From: an uncultured Oscillospiraceae bacterium
GTDB lineage: Bacteria; Bacillota; Clostridia; Oscillospirales; Butyricicoccaceae
DNA length: 26,096 bases
Direction of reading: 5' to 3'
Assembly (NCBI GenBank): GCA_964508665.1
Contig: CAZDUQ010000005.1
Span: forward strand, 1-26,096
How positions within the stretch are numbered: the first letter of the stretch is position 1; the number at the start of each line of letters is the position of its first letter. Under the pieces are notes generated by a model. It was given only the letters and a program-made list of their open reading frames with translations. It was not told the DNA's origin and did not search any database. Positions 1 to 6,335 of this stretch are shown here, one piece after another. The translations under genes and the position numbers were made by a program.

Positions 1-646
1 TGCCCTTGGTGATGTTCGCAGCCACCGCCCAGTTGACGGCGTCATAGAACCAGTCGGCGCCCGTCACATCGGTGAACTCCGGCACGGTCTCCACATTGTC
101 TGTATTCTCAACGAGATCCCCCACCACGAGAAAGAGGGTCTTGGATGCCTCCACCGAGAACATGAAGTAGAGCCCGTCCTCCAGCTCCCAATAGGTGCCC
201 GCGCCGTTGGCCGTCCACTCCTCACCCACATCCACGGGGATCAGATAGGTGGGCTCCACAACGCCCGCCTCCACCAGTGTACCGTCGGCCGCAAGGGTGT
301 AGCGCACCATGGAGCCGCCCAGATCCATCACATCGGCGCTGGACACGACCACCGGCTCGATCTGCCCGCCGTAATCGATCACATACTCCAGAACCGTGAC
401 CCGTGCGGGGGCCGTACAGTAGCAGACGGTGGCGTAATCCTGATAATCGCTGTATTTGACATAGCCGGTGGCAAACATTCCGTCCACCTGCACGCGGGTC
501 TTCCAGTCCGAGTTGGGGATGAAGCTCTGTGCCTCTGTTTGCGCATCTTCGCTGACGTCCCAGAAATAATCGGCCGCCAGTGTCGGCACCGTCAGCCCCG
601 CGCACAGGGCCAGCGTCAGAAGCAGTGCTGTGATTCGTTTTTTCAT
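1..646 (-). CDS. Secreted S-layer homology (SLH) domain protein, partial (3' end beyond window)
   Basis: Not in the ORF track because there is no stop in the window. ATG at 646 follows an AAAGGAG RBS. It reads MKKRITALLLTLALCAGLTVPTLAA (signal peptide) and stays open to base 1, ending FTDVTGADWFYDAVNWAVAANITKG, a typical SLH repeat start. Confidence 0.85.
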   Translation of the reverse strand, partial: MKKRITALLLTLALCAGLTVPTLAADYFWDVSEDAQTEAQSFIPNSDWKTRVQVDGMFATGYVKYSDYQDYATVCYCTAPARVTVLEYVIDYGGQIEPVVVSSADVMDLGGSMVRYTLAADGTLVEAGVVEPTYLIPVDVGEEWTANGAGTYWELEDGLYFMFSVEASKTLFLVVGDLVENTDNVETVPEFTDVTGADWFYDAVNWAVAANITKG

Positions 647-684
647 GATGATTCTCCTTTCGATTTTCTGATTGATATGCAGAA

Positions 685-712
685 CAACGGGGGACGCCCC
701 GCGCCCCCGTTG
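685..712 (-). terminator. GC-rich hairpin in the SLH gene leader (possible terminator/attenuator)
   Basis: CAACGGGGG (685-693) / CCCCCGTTG (704-712) inverted repeat; only a weak U-rich tail on the minus strand (GTTGTTCT). Confidence 0.45.
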
Positions 713-860
713 ACGCTGCCTGTTTGACACTGCGGAAGGGCTCCATCCGGTCAGACCGCCTGAAGGAAGCAATCATCCTCCCCGGCAAAGCCCCCGCACC
801 TGCCGCCGGAGGCCCTCTGAAAAGCATCACCCGTCATCACAAATGGCGGTGTGCATCCCG

Positions 861-2075
861 TCACCGGCCCTGTGAACCTGCGGGAACGCCGCCCTCTCCC
901 CGGGCCACCAGCGCCTGCTCCAGACAGCGGCATCGCCGTGTGCCCACATAGCCGTGATCGCCGCAAAGCGGGCAGTCGGGCCGGTCGGCCAGCCAGTCCT
1001 CCGGCTTGCCCAGCTGCCGCAGCAGTGCCTGCTGCCGGGCCAGATAGCCCTGATATTCCCGGGCCATATCCGCTTTCTCCGAGGGCTTTGCCCGGGCCAT
1101 GCGGGAGGCGCACAGCCGCAGAGCACTTTCGTTTTCCGCATAATCCGGCGACTGCTGTCGCAGCAGACTGCGGCGCTCCTCCAGCGCCAGCGCCCGCTTC
1201 TGCCGTTTTTCCTGCATTTCCCGCAGGATGGCGCTTTCGGCGGATTCCCGCACCGGCGCGGGCTGTCCCTGCCGGGGACGGGCCTTTTTCTCGCCGTTGT
1301 CCACATCGGCGGCCGTGCGGTAGCCCTGCTGCTTCCAAGAGCACAGCACCTTGTGGAGGTAGGGCCAGCTCAGCCGACCGGCCCCCAGCAGGGTAGTGTC
1401 ATAGGCCTTGCGCAGCAGCTCGTCGGAAACGCCCATTTCCTCCCAGCGGTCGATGTATTTTTGCTCGCTTTCCCCGGGCAGACGGTCGTGGATGCCCAAA
1501 ATCGACAGCACCCGTGCGCCCCGGGTCTGCCGCTCCTTCTGCCGTGCCAGATAGGCCGCGGCGGCCTCGTAGTTGTCCAGGCCCAGATCGTACCAGCGGT
1601 AGGCCTGCTTTTCCACCTCCCGGGCGGTGAGCCGTCCCCGCTGGGCGCAGTCACCCAGCAGCAGCGCCAGCACCTCCGGCGGCAGTCCCAGCGCCTGATA
1701 GACGTTCAGCAGGCTCTCCAGCTCCCGCCGGTTGAGGAAGCGCCCCAGCCGGCTCTCGAAATAATCGCACAGGCCGGAAAAGGCGGCATCCGCCTCCCGC
1801 ACCTGGGCCAGCTCGGACGCGGGATAGGCGCTCTCCTGCCGTGGCGGCGGCGCGGTGCGGTTGACCGCCAGACCATAGACCACCAGCAGCTGGGCGGCCC
1901 TTTTTACCCGCTCCGGCGGCATTTCCAGCTCCCGCGCAGCCTGCTCCAGGGTGCAGCCGCCATCCTGCCCGGCGGCACAGGCATACAGCAGCGCCGCGTC
2001 GCCATCCTTCAGGCGGGCCAGCGCGGCCAGGGCTTCCCGCCCGGTTTTTTCCGCCCGCAAACGGGTATGCTCCAT
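861..2075 (-). CDS. DnaD/DnaB_2-domain replication protein fused to a DnaC/DnaI-like N-terminal Zn-binding region (404 aa)
   Basis: The real start is the ATG at 2075 with an AGGAGG RBS, inside track ORF 861..3173. Two DnaD-like repeats (FESRLGRFLNRRELESLL...; EQKYIDRWEEMGVSDELLRKAY...SWPYLHKVLCSWKQQG) are followed by a helical region and CPLCGDHGYVGTRRCRCL. Confidence 0.8.
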   Translation of the reverse strand: MEHTRLRAEKTGREALAALARLKDGDAALLYACAAGQDGGCTLEQAARELEMPPERVKRAAQLLVVYGLAVNRTAPPPRQESAYPASELAQVREADAAFSGLCDYFESRLGRFLNRRELESLLNVYQALGLPPEVLALLLGDCAQRGRLTAREVEKQAYRWYDLGLDNYEAAAAYLARQKERQTRGARVLSILGIHDRLPGESEQKYIDRWEEMGVSDELLRKAYDTTLLGAGRLSWPYLHKVLCSWKQQGYRTAADVDNGEKKARPRQGQPAPVRESAESAILREMQEKRQKRALALEERRSLLRQQSPDYAENESALRLCASRMARAKPSEKADMAREYQGYLARQQALLRQLGKPEDWLADRPDCPLCGDHGYVGTRRCRCLEQALVARGEGGVPAGSQGR

Positions 2076-2117
2076 TTTCAAGCCCCTCCTTTCCCGCATT
2101 TCGCTTTCTGTCCACAA

Positions 2118-2146
2118 ATTATAACAAAAAACCTTTCCCCCGTAAA
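2118..2146 (-). promoter_or_regulatory. Sigma-A-type promoter for the DnaD-domain gene
   Basis: Minus strand TTTACG (2146-2141), 17-nt spacer, TATAAT (2123-2118) with an extended TG. Confidence 0.65.
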
Positions 2147-2177
2147 GCAAAAAAGGATGGAAATTTCTCTGCACACC

Positions 2178-2186
2178 TGTTATACT
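2178..2186 (+). promoter_or_regulatory. Extended -10 promoter for the glmU operon
   Basis: TGtTATACT about 70 nt upstream of the glmU start. Confidence 0.55.
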
Positions 2187-2255
2187 GAAGTGGACAGGCG
2201 CGGAGGCCGTTTTCCGCGTCCTTTGGTTTCGTGTGTTTCGAAAGGAGCGATGTCC

Positions 2256-3353
2256 ATGGTTTCCTTTTACGGTCTGGCGTTGGGAAACGCCGCCGACTAT
2301 CAGCGGGAGATCCTCTCCTGCACGGTGTTTGAGCATCTGGCCCTGGCGGTGCGCGCCGCAGGAGGCCGTCTGTTCCTCCATGGGGAGGAAAGCGGCGGTG
2401 ACTGCGCCGCCTATGACGATTTCCGGGCCCGGGTAGGCGACGGATCGTGTCTGCTGCTGCTGGCTCCCGCCGCGGCCCTGAGCGCCGAGACGCTGACCCG
2501 GCTGGTGCGTCAGCCCGAGCCCGCCTGTCTGATGGCAGGACGGCAGCCGCTGGCGGTTTTCGGTCAGGCGGAGGCTTTGCAGGACTGTGATCTTTCCCGG
2601 CTGCCCGGCCAGCTGGCCCAGGTGCAGGCCGGCCCTGCCGAGGGACTGATCGTCTCGGACGCCGAAAGCGCCTATGCCGTTCAGGAGCAGCTGCGCCGCC
2701 GCATCAACATGAGCTGGATGCAGAAGGGCGTCACGCTGGTGGATCCCAACACCACCTTTATCGATCCCCGTGTGGTGCTGGAGCCCGGCTGCACCATCCT
2801 GCCCAGCTGTATGCTTCACGGGGAAAGCACGGTGGCCGCCGGTGCGGTCATCGGCCCCAACACCTGGCTGAAAAGCGCGCACATCGGCCCGAATGTCACG
2901 GTCAATGCCTCTCAGGTGGTGGAAAGCACGGTGGGCCAGGACACCACGGTGGGCCCCTTTGCCTACATCCGTCCCGGCTGCGTCATCGGGGAAAAGGCCC
3001 GCATCGGCGATTTTGTGGAGCTGAAAAACTCCTCCATCGGCGACGGCACCAAGGTCTCCCACCTGACCTATATCGGCGACAGCGATTTCGGCAAGGGCAT
3101 CAATGTGGGCTGCGGCGTGGTCACCGTCAACTACGACGGCAAGAAAAAATACCGCACCACGGTGGATGATCACGCCTTCATCGGCTGCAATGTCAATCTG
3201 GTCTCGCCGGTCAGGGTGGGCAGGGGAGCCTATCTGGCCGCAGGCGGCACCATCACCGAGGAAGTCCCCCAGGACGCGCTGGTGGTGGCCCGGGCCCGGG
3301 CGGTGGTCAAGCCACTGTGGGCCAAAAAGCGCCGGGACGAGGGCAAGCTGTAA
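2256..3353 (+). CDS. glmU: GlmU-like protein: intact left-handed beta-helix acetyltransferase domain, shortened and degenerate uridyltransferase domain (~365 aa)
   Basis: AAAGGAG RBS at 2241-2247 (alternative ATG at 2250). The C-terminal half has GPFAYIRPG, GDFVELKNS, SHLTYIGD, GCGVVTVNYDG. It lies directly upstream of prs, as is typical. Confidence 0.85.
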   Translation: MVSFYGLALGNAADYQREILSCTVFEHLALAVRAAGGRLFLHGEESGGDCAAYDDFRARVGDGSCLLLLAPAAALSAETLTRLVRQPEPACLMAGRQPLAVFGQAEALQDCDLSRLPGQLAQVQAGPAEGLIVSDAESAYAVQEQLRRRINMSWMQKGVTLVDPNTTFIDPRVVLEPGCTILPSCMLHGESTVAAGAVIGPNTWLKSAHIGPNVTVNASQVVESTVGQDTTVGPFAYIRPGCVIGEKARIGDFVELKNSSIGDGTKVSHLTYIGDSDFGKGINVGCGVVTVNYDGKKKYRTTVDDHAFIGCNVNLVSPVRVGRGAYLAAGGTITEEVPQDALVVARARAVVKPLWAKKRRDEGKL

Positions 3354-3426
3354 GCCCGCTCCTCCCGCGCCATTGATCTTTGTATTCTTTTGAAAAAGAG
3401 ATAAATATTTTCAGGGGGTAATTCAT

Positions 3427-4392
3427 ATGTACATCCACGGTCCTCACGGACAGCTGAAGCTGTTCGCCGGTAATTCCAATCCTGCTCTGGCCAAGCGCAT
3501 CGCCGATGCCATGGGCCTGACGCTGGGCGATGTCACCTGCAAGAAGTTCGCCGATGGCGAGATCTCGGTCAACTTTGGCGAGACCGTCCGCGGCTGCGAT
3601 GTGTTCCTGATCCAGTCCACCTGCTGCCCGGTCAATGACAACTTTATGGAGCTGCTCATCATGATCGACGCCTGCCGCCGGGCTTCCGCCAGCCGCATCA
3701 CTGCCGTCATGCCCTATTTCGGCTATGCCCGTCAGGACCGTAAGGCCCGTCCCCGGGATCCCATCTCCGCCAAGCTGTGCGCCGAGATGCTGGAGGCCGC
3801 CGGTGCCGACCGGGTGCTGACCATGGATCTGCACGCCAACCAGATCCAGGGCTTCTTTAACATCCCGGTGGACAATCTGCTGGGCACCGCCATCCTGACC
3901 CAGCACTTCTTCGACAAGATCGGCGCCAACCATCCCGACTATGTGGTGGTCTCTCCCGATCTGGGCTCGGTCACCCGCGCCCGCAAGTTCACCGACAAGC
4001 TGGATCTGCCCATGGCCATCGTGGACAAGCGCCGTCCCAAGCCCAATGTGTCCGAGGTCATGAACATCATCGGCGATGTGAAGGACAAGCACGTCATTCT
4101 GGTGGACGACATGGTGGATACCGCCGGTACCCTGTGCAACGGTGCCAAGGCCCTGATGGAGCGGGGCGGCGCAAAGAGCGTCACCGCCTGCGCCACCCAC
4201 GGCGTGCTGTCCGGCCCCGCCATCGAGCGGCTGGAAGGCAGCGTCATCGAAAAGCTGGTGCTGCTGGACACCATCCCCGTGGAGGGTGAAAAGGCCGTGG
4301 AAAAGATCCAGGTGCTCACCGTGGCCGACCTGTTTGCCGAGGCCATCCACCGCATTTACGACGAGCACGCCATCTCCGACCTGTTCAACTGA
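3427..4392 (+). CDS. prs: Ribose-phosphate pyrophosphokinase
   Basis: KFADGEI, YFGYARQDRK, DLHANQIQGFF, VDDMVDTAGT motifs. Confidence 0.97.
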   Translation: MYIHGPHGQLKLFAGNSNPALAKRIADAMGLTLGDVTCKKFADGEISVNFGETVRGCDVFLIQSTCCPVNDNFMELLIMIDACRRASASRITAVMPYFGYARQDRKARPRDPISAKLCAEMLEAAGADRVLTMDLHANQIQGFFNIPVDNLLGTAILTQHFFDKIGANHPDYVVVSPDLGSVTRARKFTDKLDLPMAIVDKRRPKPNVSEVMNIIGDVKDKHVILVDDMVDTAGTLCNGAKALMERGGAKSVTACATHGVLSGPAIERLEGSVIEKLVLLDTIPVEGEKAVEKIQVLTVADLFAEAIHRIYDEHAISDLFN

Positions 4393-4412
4393 TTTTTCCG
4401 TTCCAACATCCC

Positions 4413-4440
4413 GGGGCTGCCGACCAAGGTCGGCAGCCCC
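4413..4440 (+). repeat. Perfect inverted repeat between prs and pth
   Basis: GGGGCTGCCGACC-AA-GGTCGGCAGCCCC, with no U-tract on the + strand. Confidence 0.8.
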
Positions 4441-4461
4441 TGAAGCAAAGGAGTCCTTCTC

Positions 4462-5073
4462 ATTTTTCGACGCAGGAAGGCCGCCGCCCCGGCCCACGTG
4501 GATTACATCATCTGCGGGCTGGGCAACCCCGGCGGAAAATATGAAACGACCCGGCACAATGTGGGCTTTGTCGCCCTGGATCTGCTGGCCGAAAAGGCCG
4601 GCGCGGGCCGTCTTACCCAGACCAAATGCAAGGCGGTCTACGGCTGCTGCACCATCGCCGGCAAATCGGTGCTGCTGATGAAGCCCCAGACCTTTATGAA
4701 TCTCTCCGGCGAGGCGGTGCGGGATATGATGCAGGCCTTTTCCGTCCCGCTGGAAAACCTGATCGTCATTTTTGACGATGCCGATCTGGCCCCCGGCCGC
4801 ATCCGCATCCGGAAAAACGGCTCTGCCGGTACTCACAACGGGATGCGCAACATCGTTTATCTGCTGGAAAGCGACCGGTTCCCCCGGGTCAAGGTGGGCA
4901 TCGGCAAGCCCGACCGGGAGCACGGCGAGGATATGGTGGATTTTGTTCTGTCCCCCATGGACAGCGACACCTATGCCGCCTGTAAGGCCGTCCCCGATGT
5001 GATCTTTGACCTGCTGGAAAACGGCATCGATCACGCCATGCAGGAATACAACAAATTCACCCCGCAGAAATAA
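4462..5073 (+). CDS. pth: Peptidyl-tRNA hydrolase (probable ATT start at 4462; first canonical start is GTG at 4498)
   Basis: GLGNPG, TRHNVGF, KPQTFMNLSG, DDADL, GTHNGMRNI motifs. The AAAGGAG RBS (4447-4453) lies 8 nt before an in-frame ATT. The start position is less certain than the gene call. Confidence 0.92.
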   Translation: MFRRRKAAAPAHVDYIICGLGNPGGKYETTRHNVGFVALDLLAEKAGAGRLTQTKCKAVYGCCTIAGKSVLLMKPQTFMNLSGEAVRDMMQAFSVPLENLIVIFDDADLAPGRIRIRKNGSAGTHNGMRNIVYLLESDRFPRVKVGIGKPDREHGEDMVDFVLSPMDSDTYAACKAVPDVIFDLLENGIDHAMQEYNKFTPQK

Positions 5074-5091
5074 GAAACAGGAGGCACACAT

Positions 5092-6243
5092 ATGCTGCTC
5101 ATTAAATACGGACATATCAAGACCATGGCCGGGCCCGATGTGGAAAACGGCTGCGTCCTCATTGACGATGAGGGAAAGATCGTCGCCGTCGGCGCGGACA
5201 TCCCCTGCCCGGAAAACGCTCAGGTAGTGGACGCCCACGGCCGTCTGGTGACCCCCGGCTGCGTGGAAGCCCACTGCCATGTGGGCCTGGATAATCAGGG
5301 CATGGGCTGGGAAGGCCACGACTATAATGAGATCGTGGATCCCCTGACACCGCAGATGCGGGCCATCGACTCCATCAACCCCATGGACGAGGCCTTCGCG
5401 CTGGGCCTGCAGGGCGGTGTCACCACCGTCTGCACCGGCCCCGGCAGCGCCAATGTGGTGGGCGGCACCTTCGCCGCCATCAAGCTGGCTGGCAAGCGGG
5501 TGGATGATATGATCGTCAAGGAGCCGCTGGCCATGAAGTGCGCCTTTGGCGAAAACCCCAAGCGCTGCTACGGCCAGAGCGGCAAAAAGGCTCCCATGAC
5601 CCGCATGGGCACCGCCGCCCTGCTGCGGGAGCTTCTGTTCAAGACCCGCCGCTATATGGAGGACAAGGAGGCCGGCAGGAACCCCGCCTTTGACTTCAAG
5701 CTGGAATCCATGATCCCCGTGCTCAAGGGCGAGCTGCCGCTGAAGGCCCACGCCCACCGGCACGACGATATCCTCACCTCCATCCGCATCGCAAAGGAGT
5801 TCGGCGTCAGGCTCACGCTGGATCACTGCACCGACGGCGCCCTCATCGCCGACGAGCTGGCCAGGGAGGGCCTGCCCGCCTTTGTGGGCCCCACGCTGGG
5901 CGGCAAGAGCAAGATCGAGCTGATCAACAAGAGCTTCGACACTCCCCGCATCCTGCACGAGGCCGGTGTGGAGATCGCCATCATTACCGACGCCCCCGTC
6001 ATCCCCATCCAGAACCTGCCCCTGTGCGCCGGTCTGGCCCACAACGCTGGTCTGCCCTATGAAGAGGCGTGGAAGGCCATCACCGTCAACGCCGCCCGCC
6101 TCACCGGCATCGGCGACCGCGTCGGCTCGCTGGAGCCCGGCAAGGACGGCGATGTGGTCATCTGGACGGCCGACCCCCTGACGCAGGTAGGTGCTCAGGC
6201 CGCCGTCACCGTGGTGAACGGCAAGATCGTCCATCAGGCATAA
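5092..6243 (+). CDS. Metal-dependent amidohydrolase (imidazolonepropionase-like family)
   Basis: AGGAGG RBS; HCH metal motif, MKCAFGENPK, HAHR, DH, TDAPV, GSLEPGKDGDVVIW. Confidence 0.88.
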   Translation: MLLIKYGHIKTMAGPDVENGCVLIDDEGKIVAVGADIPCPENAQVVDAHGRLVTPGCVEAHCHVGLDNQGMGWEGHDYNEIVDPLTPQMRAIDSINPMDEAFALGLQGGVTTVCTGPGSANVVGGTFAAIKLAGKRVDDMIVKEPLAMKCAFGENPKRCYGQSGKKAPMTRMGTAALLRELLFKTRRYMEDKEAGRNPAFDFKLESMIPVLKGELPLKAHAHRHDDILTSIRIAKEFGVRLTLDHCTDGALIADELAREGLPAFVGPTLGGKSKIELINKSFDTPRILHEAGVEIAIITDAPVIPIQNLPLCAGLAHNAGLPYEEAWKAITVNAARLTGIGDRVGSLEPGKDGDVVIWTADPLTQVGAQAAVTVVNGKIVHQA

Positions 6244-6266
6244 CCCTGCCAGTCTTTCAAAAGCAC

Positions 6267-6291
6267 ACCCCGTTCCGGTCCGGAACGGGGT
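6267..6291 (+). repeat. Perfect inverted repeat between the amidohydrolase gene and mfd
   Basis: ACCCCGTTCCGG-T-CCGGAACGGGGT, with no U-tract. Confidence 0.75.
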
Positions 6292-6335
6292 AATGTCCGT
6301 TTGCCTCGATCTCCGTTTTCAGAAAGGAGTGCTCC

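Noticed and set aside
800-830. Loose similarity between the two SLH leaders (TCAGAGG(G)CC...GGCGGC; also at ~25990-26017)
   Set aside because: Too short and GC-rich to distinguish from chance.
720-860. Resemblance to c-di-GMP-I/II riboswitch fragments (GCCTCCGG...GCGGGG; ATGGAG...AGTG) and a possible K-turn (ATGA/CTGA)
   Set aside because: The GNRA tetraloop/receptor and flanking stems do not form, so no named riboswitch is called.
2076-3173. N-terminal extension of track ORF 861..3173 and the 954-start extension of glmU
   Set aside because: Each is the antisense shadow of the other gene; real starts with RBSs are at 2075 (-) and 2256 (+).
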